Assembly (NCBI GenBank): GCA_965204745.1
Contig: OZ242010.1
Coordinates: 2,400,001-2,464,000 of the forward strand
From: Candidatus Latescibacterota bacterium
GTDB taxonomy: Bacteria > Latescibacterota > UBA2968
Direction: 5' to 3'
Length of the DNA: 64,000 bases
Shown: piece after piece, positions 1-9,478 of the stretch
Layout: every line of letters begins with the position of its first letter
Numbering within the stretch: position 1 is the stretch's first letter
The notes under the pieces: model-generated
What the model saw: the letters and a program-made list of their open reading frames with translations, nothing else
What the model was told of the DNA's origin: nothing
The model's database searches: none
Translations under genes and position numbers: made by a program

Positions 1-2300
1 ACGCCGGTCTGCTCTGCCGAGGGGTCACTGTCGGCTACATTGGCACGCGTGGCGATCACTCGAATCGCGTAGGTCGTCCCTGCGGTCAGCCCAGAAATAT
101 CGTAGGTCGTGGTGCTCCCGCCTGCGATTGTGGCTTGCCCGTGCGTGGTGGACTGCTCATCAGAGGTGGGATAAGTCTCTGACCCGGATTTCCACTGCAC
201 CTTATAGCCATCCGCGTCATCCACCGCGTCCCATGACACGCGCAACGTGTCCACCTGCGCGAGCACGCTAACGTTTTTAGGCGGCAACAGCCTTAGCGCG
301 CCAGTCGCCTCGTTGGAGGCTTCACTGTCATCGTAATTCGCACGGGTGGCGATCACCCGAACCGCGTAGGTCGTTCTGGCAGTCAGATCGGGAATCTTGT
401 AATTCGTCGTACTGCCCACTGTGGCCTGTCCATGCGTCGCGGCATGCCCATCAGCAGTGGGGTAATTTTCTTCGCCAGACTTCCACTGCACCTTGTAACC
501 CGTCGCACCGGTCACAGCGTCCCAATTCACCGATAGGGTATCCATCAAGGCCATCACACGCACATTCATCGGCATGCCTAGCGTCTCGTCGTCGTCCACC
601 GTCACCGTCACGCTGGCGATAGACAGACCAGTCGTATAGACCCCTGAATCGGTGGTAACGCGGTGACTCACAAGCGCGGTGTCGTCCAGGCCATCGGCAT
701 CATGCCCTGCGGTTACGGTCACCGTCTGCGCCGTGTTCCAATTCGAATTTGTGAAGGTCAGCGTCGAAGAGGACACGGTGACATCGGTGTTATTGCTCAT
801 GACGCCAATCACGACGTCGTTAGCGGGTTGGGTATCCAATTCGACCGTATAGGTGCCTCTGTTGGCGTTGGTGGTGCTGGGATCCTCCTTTAATGCCAGA
901 TTGCTCTCGCTGACGGTCACGCCCGGAGTCGGCGTCAGCGTTATTGTGTCCGTGGTCAGATCGCCACTTTTTCTATGAGCCGATGCCCACACCTTCACTG
1001 CCAAGGTCTGGTCAGTGTCGAAGTTGCCGGTGAAGGCCAGACGCAGATACGTCCTAGAACTCAAGGATCCATTTACGAAGGAGATGGACAAATTCGGGAT
1101 GGTCGTCACCAATCCGAAGTGAGAAGTATTCAAAGAGGCACCGTGGCTGAAGCGGGTGTGGTGCAACTGCAGATCAATCCTCGCACCGTTCAGATTGGCT
1201 TCGGTTAACTGGGTGGGGGTAGTGTAACTGATCGTGACCCCTATCACTTTGATGTTGAATAACAGACTGGCGCGATCGCTATTGGCCATGTTGGCGTCCG
1301 AGTCCGTCGCATAGAGGGTGACGGAGAAGGTGCCCCCATGGTCAGGCGTGCCGCAGATGGTACGCGCCGCCGCGCCGGGACAAGTCCCACTGCCATCGGC
1401 GTCAAAGGTCAAACCCGCAGGCAAGCCGGTGGCTTCATAGGTTAAGGCACCATCGCCGCCAGTCGCCGCAGGCATTTGCCACGCCAAAGTATCCACGCCC
1501 GCAGTAATGGTCGTATCAGGCACTGAGTTATTACCGAAAGACGGAACCTCATCGCTCGACAATGTCGCCGTGTAGGTCGTGTTAAGGCTATTGTCCGTGA
1601 CGATGACCGAAACGGTTATGGCACCGCTACTCAGGGAACTGATGGTGTGTGAGCTACCACTGGCGACCGTGGTCGTGTCTCCACTATTGACGCTGACGCC
1701 GATGGTGCCCGAACTGGCCGTGGGTGTAACCTTCAGGCCGTTGGCGGTGGAGGGGATACTCCCGGTGTAAGTGAGCGTGGACGAGGCGAAGGTCGGCATC
1801 AACGTGACCGACGAGGAAGTGGTAATGGGTATCCAGTCTGCAAAGGCGGTAAGTTGATTCTCCCCCTCCCAAACGTGCCACATGACCCCGCCATGGTCGA
1901 TCTCGGTTTGTTCAAGCGTGATCGATGTGGGATGAGTTTCGCTAGCGACTTGACGACATCCCGCCCTCCCGATAAGGCTAACATCTCGTCGAGTATCCTT
2001 ATCGGCACAAACATAGTGATAAAAATTCTGAGTCGAACCATCAGAAGCGGGGCCAGTAATCGTTATCGGTTGCGAAGTCGTTTGCGGCAAGAGGGTAGTG
2101 AAGCCAAACGAGAACGTCGAGTAGTAGCTACTGCTATGTCTGGGTGAAGCCGGCGGATCAACTGAAATGGTAGCAACCAGTGCCAGGCCGGACAGAGTCG
2201 GCGCAGATTGCGCCTTAGCGGACGGAACAAAGCCGATCATTGTAACCAGCCAACCGAAAAGCACGATAAAAACTGGATAGATTCGGGAGAACATCGTCAT
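1..2300 (-). CDS. Large secreted surface protein with cadherin-like/Ig, Calx-beta-like and fibronectin type III repeats; runs off the window edge
   Basis: Hand translation from ATG at 2300 (GAGGAG RBS): signal-like MTMFSRIYPVFIVLFGWLVTMIGFVPSAKAQ, Ig-like LTYEATGLPAGLTF, LTFTNSNWNTAQTVTVTA, two FN3 units (WDAV..ATGYKVQWKSG...LTAGTTYAIRVIAT). It is absent from the ORF track because its stop lies outside the window. Confidence 0.85.
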   Translation of the reverse strand, partial: MTMFSRIYPVFIVLFGWLVTMIGFVPSAKAQSAPTLSGLALVATISVDPPASPRHSSSYYSTFSFGFTTLLPQTTSQPITITGPASDGSTQNFYHYVCADKDTRRDVSLIGRAGCRQVASETHPTSITLEQTEIDHGGVMWHVWEGENQLTAFADWIPITTSSSVTLMPTFASSTLTYTGSIPSTANGLKVTPTASSGTIGVSVNSGDTTTVASGSSHTISSLSSGAITVSVIVTDNSLNTTYTATLSSDEVPSFGNNSVPDTTITAGVDTLAWQMPAATGGDGALTYEATGLPAGLTFDADGSGTCPGAAARTICGTPDHGGTFSVTLYATDSDANMANSDRASLLFNIKVIGVTISYTTPTQLTEANLNGARIDLQLHHTRFSHGASLNTSHFGLVTTIPNLSISFVNGSLSSRTYLRLAFTGNFDTDQTLAVKVWASAHRKSGDLTTDTITLTPTPGVTVSESNLALKEDPSTTNANRGTYTVELDTQPANDVVIGVMSNNTDVTVSSSTLTFTNSNWNTAQTVTVTAGHDADGLDDTALVSHRVTTDSGVYTTGLSIASVTVTVDDDETLGMPMNVRVMALMDTLSVNWDAVTGATGYKVQWKSGEENYPTADGHAATHGQATVGSTTNYKIPDLTARTTYAVRVIATRANYDDSEASNEATGALRLLPPKNVSVLAQVDTLRVSWDAVDDADGYKVQWKSGSETYPTSDEQSTTHGQATIAGGSTTTYDISGLTAGTTYAIRVIATRANVADSDPSAEQTG

Positions 2301-2592
2301 TTTGACTCTCCTCACAAACTGTTTTGCAATAAAATAGAACCACACGCCAAGACGGGAATGGGCACCATGAACGCCTCTTTTCGCGGAGGGAACATAGGGT
2401 AAAATGAGGTTCAAACAGCGTTTGAAAATGGTGGGAATCATCTGGAGCCTCCTTTGCAAAAACTGTCGCACAAATTAGGCGCGGCTTTTCCTCCGCGCTC
2501 AAAATCGAAATCGTGAACGGGAAAAAAATACAACATCACGCTATTGTTTGTCAAGCGGTAAAGTGACGATGGGATCGGCGGTCAAGCGATAA

Positions 2593-3104
2593 GGACAGGC
2601 ACAGGGGCCTGTCCCTACGACGGATGGCGGCAGGGTGTGCGAGGGGGACCTACCCCCTAACCCCCTTCCTGCGAGGAAGGGGGAACTGTGAGCGGTTTTG
2701 CGAGGGGAATGGCGAGAGGTTTTTTGGGGTTCATGGCGTGATCCATTCGCCCAAAGCCATCAAAACAGCCATGGATGCAAACCATCAAAAAGCCATGCGC
2801 TCCCCCTTTCCTCGTAGGAAAGGGGGCCGGGGGGATAGGTCCTGCGAGGAAGGGGGAATGGCGATGGGTCTTCCGAGGGATTGTGCGTGGGGGGTTTGGG
2901 TTTCTATGGCGTGATCCGTTCGCTCAAAGCCATCAAAACAGCCCTGGATGCAAACCTTTAAGAAAGCCATGCGCTCCCCCTTTCCTCGAAGGGGGCCGGG
3001 GGATAGGTCCCCGCGCGCAACGCCGTCAGAGCAACTCTTGATATAAGCCATCAAAGGAACTTTACTCCCCTTTCCTCGTAGGAAAGGGACCGGGGGATAG
3101 GTCC
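2593..3104. repeat. Cluster of REP-like palindromic intergenic repeats
   Basis: GGACAGGCACAGGGGCCTGTCCCTAC at 2593-2618. CTCCCCTTTCCTCGTAGGAAAGGGGGCCGGGGGATAGGT-type units at ~2798, ~2971 and ~3064, plus an inverted relative at ~2647. Confidence 0.75.
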
Positions 3105-3161
3105 CCGCACGCTACTAGATTTGCGCGGGGAACAGATGCACTGATGGACGAGGAGGGAAAA

Positions 3162-4298
3162 ATGAAAATTACCGATCTGCATGTGATGCGGATGGGCACG
3201 CCTGGGCAAGGGGGGACGAACTGGACATTTGTCAAAATCGAGACCGATGCGGGCATTTACGGCTTGGGCGAAGCCAGTTTGCAGTTCAAGGACGAAGGGT
3301 TGATCGCGGAATTTGGGGCGTTTAAGCGGTTTCTCATCGGCAAAGATCCGTTTGAGATCGAGCGATTGTGGACATCCCTGTATCGGCGCGTGACGTGGTC
3401 GGGCGGGCCGGTGACCACGAGTGCGATCAGCGCGATTGATCTGGCATTGTGGGACATCAAGGGCAAAGCATTAGGCGTGCCGGTGTACGAGTTGCTCGGC
3501 GGCAAGTCGCACGATAAAATTCGCATGTACGCCAATGGCTGGCCGCGAGGTGGCATGACGCCTCGGGGGATTGCCGAAGAAGCGAAAAAGGTGGTGGACC
3601 AGGGCTATACGGCGTTGAAATTCTATCCGTTTGGCGGCGAGCAAGTGGCAAAGATCGAACGCATCGAGCACGGGGTCGCGCTTGTGGAAGCCGTGCGGGA
3701 GGCGGTCGGTTCGCAAATCGAAATCGGGATCGACATTCGCGCCCGGCTGAATATCTGGAGCGCGCGCCGGGTCGCCCACCACTTGGAGGCATTTAATATC
3801 GCGTGGATGGAAGAGCCGATCTTGTGGGACAATCCCGAAGCACTCGCGCAATTTGCCCGCGACGTGCGCGTGCCCATCGCGACGGGCGAACAATTGTACA
3901 CGCGCTGGGGCTTCCGCGCCTTGTTGGAACAAAACGCGGTGGGCATTATCCAGCCGGATATCTGTCATGCGGGCGGGATAACCGAGTTAAAGAAAATCGC
4001 GTCCATGGCCGAGACGTATTACGTGACCCTGGCGCCACACAATTCCAATGGGCCGCTTTCCACGATAGCGAGCCTGCATCTGGACTTGTGCATTCACAAC
4101 AGTTTGATGCAGGAGATTTTCCTGTCGTCTATCGCCCTCTACAACGAGGTGCTCACGCAACCCATTGCCGTGATCGATGGGTATTGCATCCCACCCGAAG
4201 GCCCGGGCTGGGGCGTGGATTTGAAATCGGATGTGCTTGCGAAATACCCGCCCAAGGCATTTACGCCTGTCGCATCAGAGCCTTATGTGGCGTTTTGA
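3162..4298 (+). CDS. Mandelate racemase/muconate lactonizing enzyme family protein (galactonate dehydratase-like)
   Basis: AISAIDLALWDIKGKALGVPVYELLGG, WMEEP, IATGE, IIQPDICHAGGITE motifs; AGGAGG RBS before ATG 3162. Confidence 0.9.
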   Translation: MKITDLHVMRMGTPGQGGTNWTFVKIETDAGIYGLGEASLQFKDEGLIAEFGAFKRFLIGKDPFEIERLWTSLYRRVTWSGGPVTTSAISAIDLALWDIKGKALGVPVYELLGGKSHDKIRMYANGWPRGGMTPRGIAEEAKKVVDQGYTALKFYPFGGEQVAKIERIEHGVALVEAVREAVGSQIEIGIDIRARLNIWSARRVAHHLEAFNIAWMEEPILWDNPEALAQFARDVRVPIATGEQLYTRWGFRALLEQNAVGIIQPDICHAGGITELKKIASMAETYYVTLAPHNSNGPLSTIASLHLDLCIHNSLMQEIFLSSIALYNEVLTQPIAVIDGYCIPPEGPGWGVDLKSDVLAKYPPKAFTPVASEPYVAF

Positions 4299-4360
4299 GT
4301 AAAGTGTGGAGAAATGCGACTTTATACGATAGTTGTTAATTTGAAGGAACGATTTCTGTC

Positions 4361-4389
4361 TTGACCACTAAGATGAATTAGGATATATT
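4361..4389 (+). promoter_or_regulatory. sigma70 promoter of tmRNA
   Basis: TTGACC-17 bp-TATATT just upstream of ssrA. Confidence 0.7.
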
Positions 4390-4401
4390 TGCAAAAGCAT
4401 T

Positions 4402-4771
4402 GGGGGCGACATGGATTCGACGGGGGTGGAGAGATGATGGCTGCGTGTCGAGGTGCCCAATCACCTCGTAAAACAATTGGGAAAAACGCAACTGCGGACG
4501 ATAACACGTACGCAATGGCTGCCTAACCAACCGTTACGCAGTCCGTTCTGTCAGACCTCGCCTGCGTGGTCTGGGTCAGGGCGCCGACGAGAGCAGGCTG
4601 GTTCGGGAGTTTCCGCTCGAGGACATCCGAACGAGACAAAATCGGGCTGGCATCTCAATGACCCTGTCTGTTGGGGCGCGGGATGCGAGATTTCAAATGA
4701 ATAGACTACACACGTAGATGCCGTTGTCAAACCGCTTTCGGACGCGGGTTCGATTCCCGCCGCCTCCACCA
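4402..4771 (+). ncRNA. ssrA: tmRNA; tag peptide ADDNTYAMAA* (4494-4526)
   Basis: 5' GGGGGCGACATGGATTCGAC, 3' GACGCGGGTTCGATTCCCGCCGCCTCCACCA, and an internal tag frame ending in AA-stop. Confidence 0.97.
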
Positions 4772-4777
4772 ATAATG

Positions 4778-4819
4778 AAATCGCAACTTCCATGAGTTGG
4801 AAGTTGCGATTTTTTTTTT
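4778..4819 (+). terminator. Rho-independent terminator of ssrA
   Basis: AAATCGCAACTTCCA...TGGAAGTTGCGATTT hairpin followed by a T run. Confidence 0.85.
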
Positions 4820-4822
4820 AGC

Positions 4823-5022
4823 TTCGCTTTACCCTTTTGTGCCTTTTGTGCCTTCTGTGGCAAATACGCTTTACCCTTTTGTGCCTTTTGTGCCTTCTGT
4901 GGCAAATACGCTTTGCCCTTTTGTGCCTTCTGTGCCTTCTGTGGCAAATACGCTTTACCCTTTTGTGCCTTTTGTGCCTTCTGTGGCAAATTCGCTTTAC
5001 CCTTCTGTGCCTTCTGTGGCAC
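4823..5022. repeat. 42-bp tandem repeat (4 full copies plus 1 shortened)
   Basis: Unit CGCTTTACCCTTTTGTGCCTTTTGTGCCTTCTGTGGCAAATA; the same 9-mer core (GCCACAAAAGGCACAAAAG) recurs at ~38401. Confidence 0.9.
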
Positions 5023-5032
5023 ATCGCACCTC

Positions 5033-5470
5033 TCAAAAAGGTTTTAGCACAGCCAGCGCGACAATGATGATCGCGATGAGCGCGGTGACAGAACTGACCG
5101 TGCGGAAATAGGCCGCGCTTTTGGTGTTTTCGCCGCGTTGAAATGTTTTGCGTTGGCGCGACATCATGCCGTGCAACCCGGCGAGGATGAGCACCAGCAG
5201 CAGTTTGGCGTGTAGCCAACCGGCCATTTTGCCACCGATAGCGACGATCAGGAGGAGGCCCGTGATAAAGACCGCGATCAGACACGGGAGGAGCAGAAGG
5301 CGCAGGAGGTTGCGTTCCATCCGTTGAAAGGTCGCGTCCATATCCGATCCCACAGCGGCGGCGTGATACGCGAACAGGCGCGGCAAGTACAAAAGGCCGA
5401 TCAGCCAGCCGATGATGGCGATGAGGTGAACGGTTTTGAGCCACAGATAATATTCCATGGGAAAATTCAT
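5033..5470 (-). CDS. hemJ: Protoporphyrinogen oxidase HemJ (CopD-like family)
   Basis: LWLKTVHLIAIIGW..GLLYLPRLFAYH, MERNL, WLHAKL, IIIVALAVLKPF. Confidence 0.9.
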   Translation of the reverse strand: MNFPMEYYLWLKTVHLIAIIGWLIGLLYLPRLFAYHAAAVGSDMDATFQRMERNLLRLLLLPCLIAVFITGLLLIVAIGGKMAGWLHAKLLLVLILAGLHGMMSRQRKTFQRGENTKSAAYFRTVSSVTALIAIIIVALAVLKPF

Positions 5471-5480
5471 CGCGTGATCC

Positions 5481-6281
5481 TCAATCGTAGTTGCTGCTTT
5501 TGTGGTCGCCCATCAGGCGGCGTTGGCGCGAGGTGGCGCGGGCGAGAATTTGGGGGTCAAATTGAAAGCGGTTGAGATAGGGCGGGTACTTTTGCGCGAT
5601 CATGCGCTTGGCATAGTGGACTTGAAGCAGATAGCGCGTCTCGTCACTGGTGTTGGCCGTGCCGCGGTGCCAAACTTCGCTGCGGAAGATGACCACGTCA
5701 CCGGCGTTGCACATGATGGATTTTTCGGTCTGGCCTTTCCAAGTCGTGTCGCCATTGGGACTTCTGCCCGAAAGGTGGCTGCCGGGGATGAAGTTGGTAG
5801 GGCCAATGTCCTCGGCGATGTCGTCCAAATAAAAATGTGCAGTGGTGATGAAGATGGGGAGGCGCACCCGAGGGTCCGCGAGAATGTCTTCCGGCAGGCT
5901 GAGGGGCAACCAGTCCGTGTGGAGTTTTTGATCCGGGCGACCGGGGCCGGTCATCCACGCGGTCATGCCAATGCAGTGGCAATCGCTGCCGTGGATGGCT
6001 TCGGCGATTTCGATGATGCCGGGGCAGTCGAGAAATTGGAGGAAGTGCGGGTGTCGGTTGAACGCATTGTTGATGTGTTTGTTGACGTAGCCGAGGTCTT
6101 CGGGCCGTCCGTTTTTGTCAAAACTCTCCGGAATGGGCATCAGGGCGTCCATGTGATCGCGGAGTTTTGCAACCCGTTGGGCCGTCAAGACATCGGGCAG
6201 ATAGGCGTAGCCGTCGCGATACAGGGCTTCGGTTTGATCTGCGAGGGTATCAAAGGCGATGAGCGGTAGAGGGGCGGCCAT
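5481..6281 (-). CDS. Phytanoyl-CoA dioxygenase family (Fe/2OG) protein
   Basis: LYRDGYAYLPDVL, LHTDW, GPTNFIPGSH, AGDVVIFRSEVWHRG; start trimmed to MAAPLP. Confidence 0.85.
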   Translation of the reverse strand: MAAPLPLIAFDTLADQTEALYRDGYAYLPDVLTAQRVAKLRDHMDALMPIPESFDKNGRPEDLGYVNKHINNAFNRHPHFLQFLDCPGIIEIAEAIHGSDCHCIGMTAWMTGPGRPDQKLHTDWLPLSLPEDILADPRVRLPIFITTAHFYLDDIAEDIGPTNFIPGSHLSGRSPNGDTTWKGQTEKSIMCNAGDVVIFRSEVWHRGTANTSDETRYLLQVHYAKRMIAQKYPPYLNRFQFDPQILARATSRQRRLMGDHKSSNYD

Positions 6282-6325
6282 ATCCGTGCTCCGAGATGAT
6301 GTGGTAGGGCGAGAGTTGTTGCGGG

Positions 6326-7657
6326 TCAATACGGCCAAACGCGCAAGCCGTCGCGCAAGCCGTCGATCAGCCGGTCGGCGTGGTCGGTCGTCATGGGAAG
6401 CGAGACGCAACCGCCTTGCCGAATCGCGATGCCCTTGTTCAAGAGATAGAAGTAGAGCCAGCGGTGTTTTTCGCTGCTGTCTCGTGCGGCTTGGCGATAG
6501 TTGGCAGGGGCGCGGTCGAGAAAGTAGATGCGAAAGAGCGAACCCGCGACGACGATGCTGCCCGGGGTGTCGGCACTTTTGAAAGCGTCTTTGAGACCCG
6601 CGGCGATGTAGCGCGTGAGGGCGTCGATGTGGCGATATGCGTCCGGGGTCATGGCTTTGAGGGTGGCGAGACCCGCAACAGCCACGAGCGGGTTGCCGTT
6701 GTACGTGCCAGATTGTGGAATCGCGGGCGATCCGCCTGTGGGATCGTACAGGGCCATCGCGTCTTTGCGACCGCCAAACGCGCCTGCCGGGGTGCCGCCT
6801 GCAATGACTTTGCCCAAACAGGTGAGGTCCGGGGCGATGTTGTAAGCGGCTTGCGTGCCGCCCGCGGTCATGCGAAAACTGACGATTTCGTCGAAGATGA
6901 GGAGAATATCGAGTTCCCGCGTGACAGCGCGCAAGGTGGCGAGAAATTCCGGATCGGGCAGGGCCATGCCAGCCGCTGTCGAGAGTGGGTCGATGATGAC
7001 GCAGGCGAGTTCTTCGGCATGATGGCGAATGAGGCGTTCACAAGCGCGGGCGTTGTTGAACGGCAAGACGAGGACATTTTCAGCCGTTGCAGGGGCGAGG
7101 CCAGCGGACGAGAGAACCGAATTGGGCGCGTCTTCAGGGCCAAGCGCGGCCGTGACAGGCGGGATATAGCTGATGAGGGCCGGGTCGTCGATGCCGTGGT
7201 ACGCACCTTCAAATTTGGCGATTTTTGGACGGCCCGTAAAGGCGCGGGCCACGCGCAGGGCATTGCCCACGGCCTCGGTGCCCGAACTGCAAAAGCGCAG
7301 GTGTTCGAGGGAGGGGACGCGCTCGCGCAAGCATTCTGCCCATTCGATTTCGAGCGCGGTGGGCGAAAAAAAGGCGGTGCCATTGCCGATGCGTTGGCAC
7401 AGGGCCTCGCTCACCGCGGGATGGGCGTGACCTAGGATGAGGGCCGTGGCGTTGTTGACAAAGTCGAGGCGGCGGTTGCCATCCACGTCATAGATGTCGA
7501 CGCCCTCACCCCGGTCCGTGTAAATTGGGAAGGGATTGACGAAAACCCCGGTGCGCGTGTTGCCGCCGGGCAAAACTTCTCGGGCGCGTTTGAAGAGGCG
7601 TTGCGAGTGTGCGTTTTGGTCGCAGTAGTCCGCGATGAGTTGGTCGAGGGTGAGCAT
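6326..7657 (-). CDS. Class III PLP aminotransferase, glutamate-1-semialdehyde aminomutase-like
   Basis: DVDGNRRLDF, SGTEA, FEGAYHG, LIFDEIVSFR, DLTCLGKVIAGG, SGTYNGNP. Confidence 0.85.
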   Translation of the reverse strand: MLTLDQLIADYCDQNAHSQRLFKRAREVLPGGNTRTGVFVNPFPIYTDRGEGVDIYDVDGNRRLDFVNNATALILGHAHPAVSEALCQRIGNGTAFFSPTALEIEWAECLRERVPSLEHLRFCSSGTEAVGNALRVARAFTGRPKIAKFEGAYHGIDDPALISYIPPVTAALGPEDAPNSVLSSAGLAPATAENVLVLPFNNARACERLIRHHAEELACVIIDPLSTAAGMALPDPEFLATLRAVTRELDILLIFDEIVSFRMTAGGTQAAYNIAPDLTCLGKVIAGGTPAGAFGGRKDAMALYDPTGGSPAIPQSGTYNGNPLVAVAGLATLKAMTPDAYRHIDALTRYIAAGLKDAFKSADTPGSIVVAGSLFRIYFLDRAPANYRQAARDSSEKHRWLYFYLLNKGIAIRQGGCVSLPMTTDHADRLIDGLRDGLRVWPY

Positions 7658-7668
7658 AATGACTTCTT

Positions 7669-8364
7669 TCAGGGGGAATGAGAGGCGGACCGATAGATTG
7701 CCGGATCTTTGATGCCGTTTTGTGCAAACCCCTCTAGGCGCAACGAGCAGGCGTCGCACTGCCCGCAAGCGCGGCCTTCTAAGTCGGGGTCGTAACAGGT
7801 GCAGGTCATGGCGTAGTCGATGCCGAGCTCCAAGCCGCGTTTGATGATATCGGCTTTTTGCAGGTCGATGAGCGGGGTGTGAATAGCGAAGGGATCGCCT
7901 TCAACGCCGGCTTTGGTGGCGAGGTTGCCCATGGTCTGAAAGGCGGCGATGTATTCGGGGCGGCAATCGGGATAGCCGCTGTAGTCGATGGCATTGACGC
8001 CGATGAAGATGTCGCGGATGCCGAGGGATTCGGCCATGGCGAGCGCGAAGGAGAGAAAGATGGTGTTGCGCGCGGGGACATACGTGATGGGGATGCCGTC
8101 GGACATCGCGGTGCGATTTTTGGGCACCTCCAAGTCGCTGGTCAATGCGGACCCGCCAAAGGCGCGCAGGTCGATATTGACGATGACGTGATCCCGCACG
8201 CCAAAATGCGCGGCGATTTGTTTTGCACACGCGAGTTCGGTTTCGTGCCGCTGCCCGTAGCGAAAGGTGATGGCATAACAATCATACCCCTCGTTTGCGG
8301 CAATGCCCAAGGTCGTGGTGGAATCCAATCCCCCACTGAGCAAGATGATGGCTTTCTTTTTCAC
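7669..8364 (-). CDS. queC: 7-cyano-7-deazaguanine synthase
   Basis: [28 protein letters not shown]-terminal CY...CGQCDAC. Confidence 0.95.
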   Translation of the reverse strand: MKKKAIILLSGGLDSTTTLGIAANEGYDCYAITFRYGQRHETELACAKQIAAHFGVRDHVIVNIDLRAFGGSALTSDLEVPKNRTAMSDGIPITYVPARNTIFLSFALAMAESLGIRDIFIGVNAIDYSGYPDCRPEYIAAFQTMGNLATKAGVEGDPFAIHTPLIDLQKADIIKRGLELGIDYAMTCTCYDPDLEGRACGQCDACSLRLEGFAQNGIKDPAIYRSASHSP

Positions 8365-8423
8365 GGTTGAGTTGTCCGTTGATCGAGATTTTCAGGATGC
8401 AAAGTTGAAATTGAACGATCTGT

Positions 8424-9377
8424 TCAACACCGTAGCGCGGGTGTTGCTGCGAGGCCCGTCTGCCACGCGCCGTCTTTGAGGCCCGCGTAGAGCATAAAAT
8501 AGCGGTTGTCGATCTCGAATACCTGTGGCGTCAGCAACCCGTCGCAGTCCCAAGCATTGGGATCGGGCGAGGGCGTGAAGATGGGATTGTGCGGGTTGGG
8601 TTCAAAGGTGCGGAAATCGCGCGTCCGCACATGTCCGATTCGCCAGGTCTCGCCATCGCTCCCACCGTAAAAAATATGGAAATACTGCGGCCCCATGAAA
8701 ATTTCCGCCTCGCGGACGCCCCAACTGTCCCACGCTTGCCCGCTGCCTTTGAAGATCGGATTGGCGGGGTCTTTGGTGACGGTTGCGGGATCGCTCGTCC
8801 GTGCGGTCGCATAACATATCGTCGGTGGCCCTGCTGACTCGCCCGTATAGATGATGTGTATGGTCTCTCCGACGACCACAACAGAGGGATGAGACGATCC
8901 CAGCCGCTCGTGTTCGGTGGTGGCGGCGATCACGGGCGCGTGGCAAACCCGCGTCCACATGCCAAAATCTCCGTCCCCCACCAAGAGGCCCGTCTGCTTG
9001 GGCGGCTTGAGTCGCCGGCCCAAATAATAGACGTAATATCTGCGATCCGCGGGGTTGTAAAATGGAAAGGGATATTCAGTCGTGTAATCGTCGAACCCTT
9101 CGCTCGAAGGCAAGAGCACCGGGTTGCGCGGATCGTGCGCGACCCGTGCGGGGTCGATCGCCGGCGCTGTGCTGTGCATCAAGACCCAGTAATTGTCTTT
9201 TCTTCGCCTGCCCCACAGGTAGTGAACCGCGTCGTCCATGACAAACGCATGCGCTGCGGCGGCCCACTCGGGCGGGGCGCAAGCGATGATCGGGTTGCCG
9301 CCCGCAAGCCGCTCAAAGCCCGCAAACGCCTCAAAGGGAATGGGGGCGTTTTTTTTTCGCACTTTTGACGCGCTCAT
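8424..9377 (-). CDS. Five-bladed beta-propeller glycoside hydrolase-like protein (GH32/43/130-like)
   Basis: Repeated NPVL/NPIF...WD motifs, RYYVYY, YFMLYAG; GGAGGA RBS before ATG 9377. Confidence 0.65.
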   Translation of the reverse strand: MSASKVRKKNAPIPFEAFAGFERLAGGNPIIACAPPEWAAAAHAFVMDDAVHYLWGRRRKDNYWVLMHSTAPAIDPARVAHDPRNPVLLPSSEGFDDYTTEYPFPFYNPADRRYYVYYLGRRLKPPKQTGLLVGDGDFGMWTRVCHAPVIAATTEHERLGSSHPSVVVVGETIHIIYTGESAGPPTICYATARTSDPATVTKDPANPIFKGSGQAWDSWGVREAEIFMGPQYFHIFYGGSDGETWRIGHVRTRDFRTFEPNPHNPIFTPSPDPNAWDCDGLLTPQVFEIDNRYFMLYAGLKDGAWQTGLAATPALRC

Positions 9378-9478
9378 TTTGCAGTCCTCCAATCAACGAA
9401 TCAGCGAATCGGCGGAAGGGGGCCTGTCCCCTGCGATGAACTGCTATCGCAGTTGTACCCCGCTCCGTCTATTCGCGC

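Noticed and set aside
4823-5022. 42-bp repeats as a CRISPR array, or the ORFs spanning them as genes
   Set aside because: The units are contiguous with no unique spacers, and the ORFs are low-complexity read-throughs.
4771-5470. Island integrated at tmRNA or tRNA-Phe
   Set aside because: No integrase and no duplicated 3' end seen in the window.
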